Shown piece by piece: positions 48,795 through 59,582 of a DNA stretch of 64,000 nt (position 1 is the stretch's first letter; the number at the start of each line of letters is the position of its first letter). Position numbers and translations under genes: made by a program. Source of the stretch: a virus (Duplodnaviria; Caudoviricetes); the IMG/VR virus record IMGVR_UViG_3300031673_000017, positions 1 to 64,000 of that record; one strand, written 5' to 3'. The notes below the pieces were generated by a model. That model worked only from the letters and a program-made list of their open reading frames with translations, did no database searches and was not told where the DNA came from.

Positions 48795-49190
48795 TTAATA
48801 ACATTTATTTAATTCTAATTCAACAAGAATATCGAGCAACGAACGTAACTCATCAAACGTCTTAATGACTTCACCTTGAAAGTTTTCAAGCGTATATTTA
48901 TATCCACACCAACTATATACTCCACCACCATCTAATTCAACACACCTTAAAACATAAACAGGCGTTCTTCTCAACTCTATCTTTGCAGCAACGCTACGTT
49001 GTAATATACTCGCTTCATACTTCTCGCATTTCAATTCTAAGAATCCCTTCCACCTACGATGAATTACTTGCAAATCCGGCCATCCAGATTTTTGCATTCT
49101 ATGACCATGAAAATTCATAACAAACGCAGTTTGTTTCTCTAACTGTTTTATTACTTTTGATTGAAAACCATTTTTACCTGTCTCTTTCAT
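48795..49190 (-). CDS. VRR-NUC / resolvase-like PD-(D/E)XK nuclease
   Basis: FQSKVIKQL...QKSGWPDLQVI...FLELK...ILQR. Confidence 0.75.
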   Translation of the reverse strand: MKETGKNGFQSKVIKQLEKQTAFVMNFHGHRMQKSGWPDLQVIHRRWKGFLELKCEKYEASILQRSVAAKIELRRTPVYVLRCVELDGGGVYSWCGYKYTLENFQGEVIKTFDELRSLLDILVELELNKCY

Positions 49191-49343
49191 TTTACACCTT
49201 TTAAATATTCATCCAGTTAATAACTTTTGGAATTATTATACCAGCACATACTAACATTATAAATGTTACAATAAAAAGAAGAAATTCCATCCAATTCCAA
49301 TATAACCACATTATAATTTTCTTTTGAAATTTATGTTTGCTTT

Positions 49344-49706
49344 TCATTTCATCTCCTTTATTAACGCTTGTAAAAAATAAGCGTATGCCTCTTCAGAAGC
49401 ATCTGTTAAATTTAAACCTCTATCCTGGAGACACCAGTGGACTGCATGAAAACACTCATGAGCAAGTAACTCAAAACTATGATTACTGAGCCAAATCACA
49501 CTAATCCAAATACCATCTTTTTTATAAACTTCAAAAGTTCCTTTAACAGATGGCCCTTTATCTGGAGCTTTTTGATCAAACTCTCCTTTAACTAATCGAT
49601 TATATTTCTCACGGCTTCCTCGGAACCAATATAAATTAATTCCAAAAAGATCCATATAATAATGATTAAATTTCATATTTGCAGTCTTGTGCTTATTTCT
49701 TGACAT
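49344..49706 (-). CDS. Small HExxH protein
   Basis: LLAHECFHAVHW...EEAYAY. Confidence 0.6.
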   Translation of the reverse strand: MSRNKHKTANMKFNHYYMDLFGINLYWFRGSREKYNRLVKGEFDQKAPDKGPSVKGTFEVYKKDGIWISVIWLSNHSFELLAHECFHAVHWCLQDRGLNLTDASEEAYAYFLQALIKEMK

Positions 49707-50070
49707 TTAATTTCTTTCTTTTGAAATATCTTCCTTTATAAATAGGCCCACATTTCTTTATCGTTGCATCCTCTTCAAGAATCTCAACTGTAATGCGAAT
49801 CATATCTTGAGACATATCTTTAACTTTTAACTTATGTAAACAAGGAAAGTTTTTTATAGTCAACAACCCTTCCAGTTTATCTGCACCTAACCATTTGTTA
49901 AGTCTCGAATATAAGCTAAAACAGCCATACCACCGTTGGATGAAAAATTCTTTAGAACTTTTATTTTTAAGTTTATTTTCTTTCATTCAATTCCTTTCTC
50001 CCTAATGTTGTAATAGAGAAATATTCATCGTCACAAACACCAAATTTCCAACCAGAACTTACCATCAAGC

Positions 50071-50622
50071 CTAATTTACTAACTTCCGCATATCTGATGA
50101 GTCACCACAATACTGATTATTAGCAGCACGATGTACTGTATGATCAAGTATAGCTAATTGATTTTCCATAATATCTACAATATCACCATCAACACAACAT
50201 TTACGAACAATCATTAAGAGTTTGCCTAACATGTTCAACCTACTTTTGTATTTACATTTTGAACAATTACAAACCCCCCAGTAATTATCGTGGTGATAAT
50301 TTCCTTCAATTAATTCTTTTGTTAAAGTTTGTATCAACATTTTACGTAAATCTGGATTTTGAAATTTAACATATAGAATATCAGACATTATGCTAACTTT
50401 TATCTGCTCCCAGTCTTTACGCAATAAGACACTGCGTCCTCTTCTTTTAGCCTCTTTACAAGATTGCGTTGTTCGTATGCGTTCTTGAACAATAGGATTA
50501 ATGCTTTTCATAGCTTGAAAAGCATGCTCGACAGACGGCCAGATTCTTTTATCATACAACATATCAAGCCGATAAAAATTACTCAAGAATTCATATTTAC
50601 CAGTAAACGATGTTATTTTCAT
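50071..50622 (-). CDS. NADAR (YbiA-like) family protein
   Basis: FLSNFY...WPSVEHAFQAMK...DWEQIKVSIM...KFQNPDL...LIEGN..HDNYWG...NMLGKLLM. Confidence 0.88.
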   Translation of the reverse strand: MKITSFTGKYEFLSNFYRLDMLYDKRIWPSVEHAFQAMKSINPIVQERIRTTQSCKEAKRRGRSVLLRKDWEQIKVSIMSDILYVKFQNPDLRKMLIQTLTKELIEGNYHHDNYWGVCNCSKCKYKSRLNMLGKLLMIVRKCCVDGDIVDIMENQLAILDHTVHRAANNQYCGDSSDMRKLVN

Positions 50623-51327
50623 CTTATCTCCTATTATTTTCCCATCTTATTTTATTATCATAACAACCTGTGTCACTATTATACACAGATCTTTTAATTG
50701 TTTGTCTTGCTGTACATCCACTTCTATGGCATGTTCGAACTCCCCAGTCTATTTTAAATCGTGGCCATGCAACATTTCTATCTAAAAAATATGCTGTATA
50801 CCAGTGATGCATCCCAAGCCAACAAAGAATCTTGTCGGTCGTGTCCCATATTGTCCAGAAGTCTTTCTTTAACCATCTCTTAATTATACCATTCATTATT
50901 CATCTTCCTTACAAGTTCTATTTTTGTATCCATCGTATGTTATAAAAGGACAATTATGGCCATAGTCGCCAAGTTCACATAACCTACAAGGCCCTCTTGG
51001 ACATTCCACTTTTTGTTTTAACTTGTATCTTCGTTCTATCCACAATCCACGAATAAGCACAAAGATTACAACTAAGCCTATTATATATTTAATCATAATA
51101 CATCCAATTCTTTAATTAAGTATTTGCGTATAATGCATTAACGCAATAAACACCAACGTAAGTATTAAAAATAAAAACGCTCTTAGCACTCTTCTCCACT
51201 GAGTTAATAGCATCTTCCAACCTATTTTAGCAAATCGATCGGCGAGCAGCCACAAAACTATCAGCATAGCAACTTTTAATAAATCAAATATTATGACCAT
51301 TATCTTCTTCTCTTTTCAATATCGATA

Positions 51328-52428
51328 TTAATTCTCAGCGTCTGTTGCTTGTTTTTTAATTTCAGTTCTAAATTCATAGTCAGGCATTGAACTACCTTTT
51401 GGATTTTTAATAACTCCACATTCAGCCAGATGTGGCTCCACAACGCATCGACATTCGTCATTAGTGCACATGTGAAATACTGCAGCGACATCTCTAATAA
51501 TCTTACCATCCATGGCTACACAATTGTCACATGTTAAATTATCAAGCGTTGTTATTACTTTATACTGCTGGCCAATAGATTTGTTTCTCTCCGACAACCA
51601 TTTAGAGTATTTATCCGGAACTCGTTCACAAGTTAATTCAGTGCCAACATAATATGAATACGCTGTCATTACTTCAGCATTTTCGAGTTTAGCTTGTAGT
51701 GCATTACACCTTTCTTCTGCATCTTTGAGTTTAGTTTCAAGTTGCTCAATCTGCTCAAAGTATTTTCCACTCTCATTCTCTAAATCATGATTTCTGTCCC
51801 AAGCAACTTCCCATTCTTTAGTTAATTTTTCAACTTGTTTTTGAAATCTCTGATTAGAACCATTTAAATTATTAATTAGATTTAATAGATTCTCTTCATT
51901 ATGTGCGAGTTCATCACGTACTTGTTTCAGCTTAAAAACACTATCACGCACAATCTCTATTTCTTCTTCTATCTTCAATTTACGATTTTCTAAATCAACT
52001 GCTTCTTTAATTGCACCAGCAGCAATTTCTTTGAGTTCATCACGTTCTTGTTTCAACTTAAAAACACTATCACGCACAATCTCTATTTGTTCATTCATTC
52101 TACCAGTACATTTATTTTTGCCAGATAGAACGTCTGCAATTAATCTTGTAGCTTCCCAAGCTCCATACTTCTCACCACGCCACCACGCAGGATGTGCAGC
52201 ATCTGTTCCGTCCCATTGTGGATCGTCTCGCAACTTTATTAGAATAAGGCCATATCTTCTAATAAATATCTGTTCAGCTAAAGACATAACTTGTCCGTAG
52301 CCTTCTAACCAATCAAGAACCTCGATGGTTGATATTTCTTCTGCTGTCGCGTTCTTAATCCAAATTTCTTGAATTGGGCTTTCCTTAGCGACACAATTAA
52401 CACAATCGCAATCATTTTTATGTTTCAT
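51328..52428 (-). CDS. Coiled-coil hypothetical protein with an internal duplication and a C-terminal MuF-like Cys motif
   Basis: IEIVRDSVFKLKQ(E/V)RDEL occurs twice; C-terminal TTLDNLTCDNCVAMDGKI...HMC...CRCVVEP. Confidence 0.55.
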   Translation of the reverse strand: MKHKNDCDCVNCVAKESPIQEIWIKNATAEEISTIEVLDWLEGYGQVMSLAEQIFIRRYGLILIKLRDDPQWDGTDAAHPAWWRGEKYGAWEATRLIADVLSGKNKCTGRMNEQIEIVRDSVFKLKQERDELKEIAAGAIKEAVDLENRKLKIEEEIEIVRDSVFKLKQVRDELAHNEENLLNLINNLNGSNQRFQKQVEKLTKEWEVAWDRNHDLENESGKYFEQIEQLETKLKDAEERCNALQAKLENAEVMTAYSYYVGTELTCERVPDKYSKWLSERNKSIGQQYKVITTLDNLTCDNCVAMDGKIIRDVAAVFHMCTNDECRCVVEPHLAECGVIKNPKGSSMPDYEFRTEIKKQATDAEN

Positions 52429-53405
52429 TATTACCTCTTAGTGAATTTCATCTTCATTAAGCTCTAAATCAGATTCTGGAGCCCACTCAATTGGTGGATC
52501 AAAATCTAATTTGGCATCATTTAAAATTTGTACTGCTCTACGAAAACGGTCCATTGCATCTTGACTTGCACCTTCCATTATCGCCTCCGACTCTTATGTA
52601 TTTTAGCCATGCGCTTTTTGGTTAATTCATTAGACATTTCATCCACAGGCGTAGGTTGTTTTATCGCAGTAGGCCCATTGTTATCTTCATATTGTTTTCT
52701 CATGTAGTCGTTATGAGCATCAGCGACTATCACTCCAGCAACGAGAATATTTTCAGCCAGACATTTTTCACCAAAAGGTCGCACACAAAGAAGCATCTTT
52801 AGATGTTCATCTTCATTAACAAAATAAGGACACTTCCTACAATATGGCTGATACCATTTGCCAACTACATTCTTAATTATTTCGAGTTTATCAATAGTAT
52901 CTACTTCTTGTTCAATCGCTTCAACTATAACTTCAGCAGCATCTGTAATTTTATGTTCTGGTTTTGCACTTGAAAAATTTACATTTCCCATTATTATTTC
53001 TCCACTAAATTATAAGCCTTGTTACAACCATCAGCACATGGGGTTCTATTGCACCACAGCCAACACAACCATGCTGTACGTCCATCATCAAGAATTACTG
53101 GATACCAAGCAAACCATTTCTTTAAAGAATTATTACATTTATTATCTTCTTTGTAAGTAGTTCCCCAAATCATATTTTACCACGTCCTCTCATCTGTATA
53201 AATAAATTCATTTTTCCAATTTGGATTCATATCTGCTTGCTTATAATGAAAATGTTTACAAGCAAAAGTTTGTAACCCTATTATTTCTTTTATATCTCTC
53301 ATGCAAACATAGCCTCTTGGAAAGCTATCATAAATACAATAGCGACACTCACCACAATGAGCTTGTACTTTAAGAAATGATTTGCTTTTAGGTATTTTAT
53401 CCATT

Positions 53406-53723
53406 TTAAACCATATCACCTTCAAATATTATTTTTAATTCGCCTATTGGAAAAGAGTATGAATAACCAATTTCAATAATAGGCATAGGTTTATAACGCT
53501 TAATATTACGTTTAGCATATTGTCTGCCGCCTACACGTTCACTACATAAAGCAAAATGAGTGATCTTTCCCCAGTCTGACTGAACTGTATTAAAAACGAC
53601 AAGATTACTATTAGATATACTATAATTTTTGTTAAAAGTCCATTGCTTTACAATAGCACGTGCGTAATCAGATTTTTTAACTTCACCATCTTTATTAAAT
53701 AATGCGACATAACAATTAGCCAT
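53406..53723 (-). CDS. Paralogue 2 of the small tail-fibre-type protein
   Basis: YVALF...DYARA...NSNLVVF...DWGKITHFALC...GYSYSFPIGELKI aligns with 9449..9859; start MANCY after GAGGAG. Confidence 0.65.
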   Translation of the reverse strand: MANCYVALFNKDGEVKKSDYARAIVKQWTFNKNYSISNSNLVVFNTVQSDWGKITHFALCSERVGGRQYAKRNIKRYKPMPIIEIGYSYSFPIGELKIIFEGDMV

Positions 53724-54648
53724 CAGTTCTCCTCTTAACTTTAATTTTCTGTACAATAATCTTACTCATAAGACACGTTGAATTATGCTGGCAATATCTT
53801 TGTCCAAATTCGTAATCTTTTGCGTATTTTAAGTTTACAACATCATAAGGACATTGAATTATTTTTCCGCCGATGAAATAATTGGCAAAGTTGCATTTTC
53901 TATTACTACAATTACCAGAAACAATATCATTGATGACACTTTCGAAGACACCACGTTTACTTATATGAATTTCCATATTACCAGTATATCTCCATAGAAA
54001 AGCATGCACAAGCTCCTTGTAATCTATTACGTTCATTGACCCAGAGGTTATTAAATCCATTTCATTCTTAAAAAAGTCAGCATTATTATCCAGATACCTA
54101 TAACTGGAAATGAAGAACGTTTTGCAGCCTATACCCTCAGCTTCGTCTGCAACTCTTTTTAGTTCACTAAGAGTTGTGTTCCCGCCGATCATAAAATTTA
54201 TATCAACTTCCCCGTTTAGTCTTAGATAGGCACTGACAGGACGGCGTAGTGATTCGAACGGTTTGTCTCCATCGGAAAGACAATCTACAGAGACACGAAT
54301 TTTGGCACCGTGAAAATCTTTTGGAACATATTGACCAAGATACAATCCATTTGTGTATATTGTAGTCTTCAAACCTTTGTCAAAATTATGGTTGCACATT
54401 TGATTGATTTGTCTATGCAGCAACGGCTCGCCACCGAGTATATTTATTTGTCTTGCACCTTTACTTCTTGTTTCAGCAATTGCCAATTTATATTCTGACA
54501 TTGACATATAGGCATCATCAGTTTCATTCATTGCTCTTATTGCAAAACACCCTTTACATTGCAAGTTGCATTTATTAGTAATGTAAATTTGCAGCGTCGG
54601 TCGCCGATTGACATTATAAGGTTCATATTTATCCCATGGAAATCTCAT
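53716..54648 (-). CDS. Radical SAM protein
   Basis: ITNKCNLQCKGCF (CX3CX2C), ILGGEPLLH, IYTNG. Confidence 0.9.
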   Translation of the reverse strand: MRFPWDKYEPYNVNRRPTLQIYITNKCNLQCKGCFAIRAMNETDDAYMSMSEYKLAIAETRSKGARQINILGGEPLLHRQINQMCNHNFDKGLKTTIYTNGLYLGQYVPKDFHGAKIRVSVDCLSDGDKPFESLRRPVSAYLRLNGEVDINFMIGGNTTLSELKRVADEAEGIGCKTFFISSYRYLDNNADFFKNEMDLITSGSMNVIDYKELVHAFLWRYTGNMEIHISKRGVFESVINDIVSGNCSNRKCNFANYFIGGKIIQCPYDVVNLKYAKDYEFGQRYCQHNSTCLMSKIIVQKIKVKRRTDG

Positions 54649-55334
54649 TTTGGCTCCTTAATTTATTAACCCAAATTAAATCACATTCATCTATTAAACC
54701 TGCTTCGAGCATCTCTTCGTTAGTCAAATGCTTATTACATTCAAACCATATCTTATTCATTTTTTCTAATTCAATATTCAAGGAATCATATACCATACCA
54801 GCCATTACCAGTCTCCTATCTCAAGATCTAATTGCTTATTTCTTTCTTCTATTTCTTTAAGTTCTGTTATCTTCATTTGTATTGCAAATAAAAGTTCGAT
54901 TGAGCGATTTGCAATCACTCCATTTACAAAAATAGTTAAAAATTGTACTGCAGCAACAGCAGGCAGTACAACGGTAGTCGATAAAAGATTTGTTTCAACA
55001 ATTACATCTTTCGTCTCCCATATAACAACGTCATTGCACCAAATGCCAGCAGGCTTTCCATTACACCAAGTTATAACAATTTTTTCACTCATGTTATTTA
55101 TCTTCATCTTTATTTTGATGTTTAAGCTTTGAAACTAAAATAGTAGTTTGTTCTCTGCTAAATATATTCATAATAATAGCTGTGCCACCATTACTGGCTA
55201 AATCTACAACAATCCAATCACGTCTTATGTTATCGTCCCATCCTATTACCTCGACAAGATCGTTTATTTTTAATTTAGTATCATTATCTTTTGTCATTTC
55301 AAATACTCCAGTTTCACAATATTTTTAAATGTTT

Positions 55335-55640
55335 TTATTTAATCTGTTTAATTTTTCTCTTCTCTTTCATAATGTAATGAACCATCATCATAACCCATAT
55401 TACATTCATAATAACAATAAGTAAACCACCAATTAAACTTGCCCATTGTCTCAAGAATGGATAATAATACATGTTCCAAAATCCCCACAAAGTAAAATAA
55501 CCAGTAGCTATAAAACTAACACCTCTAACCTTCTTATCTTTGTGGAGTTTTAAACAATGTAGCATAACAAATATTCCACCACAGAGTTCGAATAATCCAT
55601 TTATATTATCTTGCCACATTATCCCGCCCTCATATTGCAT
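55335..55640 (-). CDS. PQ-loop / SemiSWEET-like three-TM membrane protein
   Basis: KLHKDKKVRGVSF...FTLWGFWNMYYY, with three hydrophobic helices. Confidence 0.6.
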   Translation of the reverse strand: MQYEGGIMWQDNINGLFELCGGIFVMLHCLKLHKDKKVRGVSFIATGYFTLWGFWNMYYYPFLRQWASLIGGLLIVIMNVIWVMMMVHYIMKEKRKIKQIK

Positions 55641-56338
55641 TCAGTTTTAGGAACGTCGCACCAATTACATTCTTTTTGACTTGGAACTTTTCGACAATCG
55701 ACTTCATCACCAACAATTTTTTTAATCACATCCCAGATGGCTTGCTTTAAACTCTCATCATCTGCCGCACATGCTGGAATATCAACGTTAGGAACTCCAT
55801 TTTTATATACGATGCAACCATTAAATTTCAATTCTTTATATTTTTCTATTGCTTTTGGCAATAGCATCATATAAAGGGCCACCTGAACGTGGTCACTGGT
55901 CTTGCAACTTCCAGTCTTGCAATCCTCAACCAATGCAATTGGATGCATTTTTCCAGATATATGTTCATCTTCATCCTCGCCAATAGCGACGATGTCAGCT
56001 TTTCCTGAAATAATTATATCATTTTTTAATTTAAGAATCAATTCCCCATAATATTTAGGCTCATGATGTATATAATTGCCTGCTTTTATTTCAAGCCTAA
56101 AAGAATTTTGATCTTCGATAAAAACAGTAAATCCAAGACGCTCTAATGCATCCACACGGCTCCGCAATAATTGTGTATGGGCTATATTCCATTTAGCCAA
56201 GTTAAAATCACCAGATAATTTGTCGTAAGTAAAATGGCATTTAAACCAATACTTCCAAAAACAATGGTCTTCACCGGCAACCAACTTCGAAATCCATGAT
56301 GGCCAAACAAATACTTTATCTCTCTTTTCTTTTGGCAT
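55619..56338 (-). CDS. PD-(D/E)XK exonuclease (Cas4/RecB-like)
   Basis: ISGKADIV...VEDCKTG...HVQVALY...C-terminal ECNWCD. Confidence 0.78.
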   Translation of the reverse strand: MPKEKRDKVFVWPSWISKLVAGEDHCFWKYWFKCHFTYDKLSGDFNLAKWNIAHTQLLRSRVDALERLGFTVFIEDQNSFRLEIKAGNYIHHEPKYYGELILKLKNDIIISGKADIVAIGEDEDEHISGKMHPIALVEDCKTGSCKTSDHVQVALYMMLLPKAIEKYKELKFNGCIVYKNGVPNVDIPACAADDESLKQAIWDVIKKIVGDEVDCRKVPSQKECNWCDVPKTECNMRAG

Positions 56339-56763
56339 TATGATTCTCCACTTTCTTTTTACGTTCTTCTTTTAATTGATTCAAGAAATCAATAATATCA
56401 CTTAAACATCCACTATTAAAAATAGTTTTTTCGTTTGGATAAAAACAATATTGTCTCCGTCTCCCAAACCATTTTATTTCTCCAATAAGCCCTTCGCCTC
56501 TTTTACTAATAATCCACCAGACTTGAGTTGTTCGTTTAGAGTATTGCTCAGTCTTGTCTTCAAAGCGAATATATTTATATTCAGTTTTCATTTTAATCCT
56601 TCTAATTAGCTATTTTTAGCTATTTCACCAAGGCTATAATTACTCGCATATCCAGAGATCGCTCGTGTATGGGCCTCCAGCAGCCTCGTTTGCAGCCAGC
56701 AATAGCTGTATTTAGTTGATTTGCTTATTAGCTCAAATTAGTATATAATCGAAAATAAAGCCA

Positions 56764-57210
56764 TTATACAGCACTTTCATTATTTATAAGTTCATAGTCT
56801 TCAGATGAACAATGTGGACATAGACAATAATCACTACGTTCTACAAATTCAGAAGCTTTAAATATCTTACCACATTTGCATCGATATAAATCCTCAGCCT
56901 TTCCGTTAGCACGAGCATCTAACTGAGACACAGATCCATTCTCTTCACGTTTCAATTTCTCATATGGAACTACGACTGCATTATAAAATTCATCTGCTAT
57001 GCAATTCAGAATCCCGTGTGCGTCATTAACGATATCATACTTTTTGGTTAATGATTTTATTTTTCGCATTTGTTCAATGCACCAAAGATGTATCAGTCTT
57101 GTGCAGCAGTAATTTATTCTTCCGCGAACGCGAAATTGACCACATAATTCCCATAATTTATTTATAAGTGGGTCTAATTCATCTCTTTCTTTTTGTGTAA
57201 TATATGGCAT
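56764..57210 (-). CDS. Conserved phage protein with a C-terminal zinc ribbon
   Basis: MPYITQKER...GRINY...NDAHGILNC...EFYNAVVVPYEKLKREENG; CKCG...CPHC. Confidence 0.6.
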   Translation of the reverse strand: MPYITQKERDELDPLINKLWELCGQFRVRGRINYCCTRLIHLWCIEQMRKIKSLTKKYDIVNDAHGILNCIADEFYNAVVVPYEKLKREENGSVSQLDARANGKAEDLYRCKCGKIFKASEFVERSDYCLCPHCSSEDYELINNESAV

Positions 57211-58127
57211 TTTAATTCTCCTTATTAATAGTTTAATTTAATAATTAGTTCTAACGCAGAGTTACGTTGAATACGTATTCGACAAATTTTATTACAACTT
57301 TTTATAGTACCAACTTTAAAATCACATTTTGTAGCATCAATTGTATTTCCGTATTTCTCAATAAATTCTCCGATTCTTGGGCAATAAAATAGATATGTAA
57401 TAGGGTCTGTTTTAGTTCCAATTCCAAGTCGCCCAATTTTATATGGTAAGCCATCTCCAGTAGTATCATTTCGCATTTTTATTAATTTCTCAAGTTTGTG
57501 TTTACTACCATTTATTCCATTGCTATGAAATTCTTTCTTTTCTTCATCAGTCATTTTTCTCCATTTTGCGTCGCACAAACAACCATATAATCCACACTTA
57601 TCGCAAATAGCAGCACCACATTGTCCATCCCAACCATCAAGACGCTCAACCCAATGATGGTCACACGACTCTCTTTCCTTTTTACTTTTATTAGGAAACT
57701 CCATGTGTTCAAGTGCAGTTATTAACTGTTTTTCAATCATAGCCCATTGAACTGTCTTTGGGACATCATCGTGTAAGTGTTGTTGGTAATTTTCAATTCC
57801 AAGTTTAATATTGGAAGCCAGTTGCTTTAATTCTTCACTACGAGCGTCAAGACTACTGGTGCTTTCATCAAATAGAAACTCGGCTAAAAATTCTGATAAT
57901 TTTTTCATTTTAATTCCCCTTGTGAAACTCTTATATAATCACCTTCGCATGAAGTCTCAATCATTAATAGCCAACCATAATCCATCTCAGGATTGTAAAT
58001 TTCTTCTTTTAAACCATCATAATTACTATAATATTCTTGAGCATTTTGTCTCGCGAAGTTAAACGCGGCAACTAAATCAGTAAAATTACTAATTTCTGGA
58101 TCACAATGCCTATCTTTAATTAATACG

Positions 58128-58601
58128 TTATAAATTATCATCATGCACTCCCGATTTTGGTTTACCGGCTTCGAGCCATTCTCTTAGTTTTAGGTGCCGT
58201 GTCTGTGGCTCAATGGAATTTCCTGACAAAAGTAAAACAGTTGGATAATCAATATAATCAAAATATGCAACCATGTCTTCAGTTGTAAGCCCAGAATCTT
58301 TTTTCGTAACTAAATGTCCATCAGCAGCAGCACCAAGTTTAGATTCTATCCACATTGAAATCTTGACACCAAACACAGAGCCTAACATCGTTCCAAGACA
58401 ATATGGAACAAAGAATAAGAAGGTCATATCGGCTTTTACCAATTGCCGAAAGGTGATAAACCATATAGTATTACTGAAGAAAGCAGCAATAAGATGATAC
58501 TTCATGTTGTTCCTATTTCTGCTTCTACTTACTATGCTGAAACTTATATTTTGCACAAAAGACAGAAATAAAATTGTCAGCATTGCTATTATTGTAGTCA
58601 T
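58128..58601 (-). CDS. Small three-TM membrane protein
   Basis: Three hydrophobic segments in the first 90 aa. Confidence 0.55.
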   Translation of the reverse strand: MTTIIAMLTILFLSFVQNISFSIVSRSRNRNNMKYHLIAAFFSNTIWFITFRQLVKADMTFLFFVPYCLGTMLGSVFGVKISMWIESKLGAAADGHLVTKKDSGLTTEDMVAYFDYIDYPTVLLLSGNSIEPQTRHLKLREWLEAGKPKSGVHDDNL

Positions 58602-58634
58602 TTATTCTCCTCTTAAATAATTTATTAATTTGGC

Positions 58635-58997
58635 TTATACATTCTGTTCTTTTAATTCTTGATATCCTTCCTCACCATAATAAATCGGAACACCATATTT
58701 TTTAGCTGTTATTAATTCTTTAGCAGTTCCTTTGCTCTCTTCCCATCCTGGGACAACAAACATTATATGAGCGACTTGTAAAAATGGTTGGCTGTTGTCG
58801 AAAACATCACCGTAATTCAATTTACCATCAATAACAGACAACAATAAATCATTTCCAGGAACGAAAATAGCATAACCTAACTTACGAATTTTTTCAGCCC
58901 AGACATTCATTGCATGAATATTTTTACAATATTGATTCGCATCAGCATTTAATGCACCAGCTATATACGCAATTTTTCTTTTTGGCTCTGGTCTCAT
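58635..58997 (-). CDS. Nucleoside 2-deoxyribosyltransferase-like (DUF4406-type) protein
   Basis: AYIAGAL...GYAIFVP...IMFVVPGWEESKGTAKELITAKKYGVPIYY. Confidence 0.7.
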   Translation of the reverse strand: MRPEPKRKIAYIAGALNADANQYCKNIHAMNVWAEKIRKLGYAIFVPGNDLLLSVIDGKLNYGDVFDNSQPFLQVAHIMFVVPGWEESKGTAKELITAKKYGVPIYYGEEGYQELKEQNV

Positions 58998-59026
58998 TTT
59001 AATCCTTTGATTTAATTTTATTTTTC

Positions 59027-59413
59027 TTATTTATTTGGTTTTGTTTTCTTAACTTTTTTGGCTTTCGCTGTTCTTTGTTCAAGTAACAGTACATGCATCA
59101 TACCCATTGTATTAAACAACTCAGCACAAAGTGATTCAATAAATTCTTCTCTATCTATATCAAATAAAAACCCATCATTAATTAACCAAGTAGCCACAAA
59201 GTGCCTAAATTTAGATTCCATATATGTTTGTTTTGTGAATCCTTTCTTCCAATTACCTTCATCTCTGTGCCCGCCATCTACTTGAGCATTATGTTTTAAC
59301 ATAAACTCACCATAGCGTTGAATTACAATTGGACTTAATCCTCTTGCATAATTTATTTTGCCTTCGTCTGTATCCCTAATTGCACCTGTCTTGAATTTTC
59401 TCATTTTAGCCAT
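59027..59413 (-). CDS. dATP/dGTP diphosphohydrolase-like (DUF5664-type) protein
   Basis: RKFKTGAIRDTDEGK...SPIVIQRYGEFM...NWKKG...SKFRH...LFN. Confidence 0.72.
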   Translation of the reverse strand: MAKMRKFKTGAIRDTDEGKINYARGLSPIVIQRYGEFMLKHNAQVDGGHRDEGNWKKGFTKQTYMESKFRHFVATWLINDGFLFDIDREEFIESLCAELFNTMGMMHVLLLEQRTAKAKKVKKTKPNK

Positions 59414-59483
59414 TAGTTATTCCTTATAAGCATCATTTATCAAATCACTGTGTTCTTTAATTAAATCTTTATAACCAATTTAA

Positions 59484-59567
59484 TGGCCGAGGTGAGAGTC
59501 GAACTCACACACCTATAAAGATATTGGATCTTAAATCCAATGCGTCTGCCAATTCCGCCACTCGGCC
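59484..59567 (-). tRNA. tRNA-Leu(UAA)
   Basis: GGCCGAG-TGGCGGAATTGGCAGACGC-ATTGGA-TTTAAGA-TCCAAT, long variable arm, GTGAG-TTCGACT-CTCAC-CTCGGCC-A; CCA not encoded. Confidence 0.93.
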
Positions 59568-59582
59568 ATGATTTATTTTAAT

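Noticed and set aside
51907-52088. Direct repeat pair as DGR template and variable repeats
   Set aside because: Both copies are in the same ORF 126 bp apart with two mismatches, and no reverse transcriptase is present.
55619-56338. Cas4-like gene as part of a CRISPR or anti-CRISPR system
   Set aside because: No array or other cas genes; stand-alone PD-(D/E)XK exonucleases are common phage recombination genes.
59027-59413. Claim of a Z-base (2-aminoadenine) genome
   Set aside because: The diphosphohydrolase-like gene alone is not diagnostic, and no PurZ-like gene is in the window.
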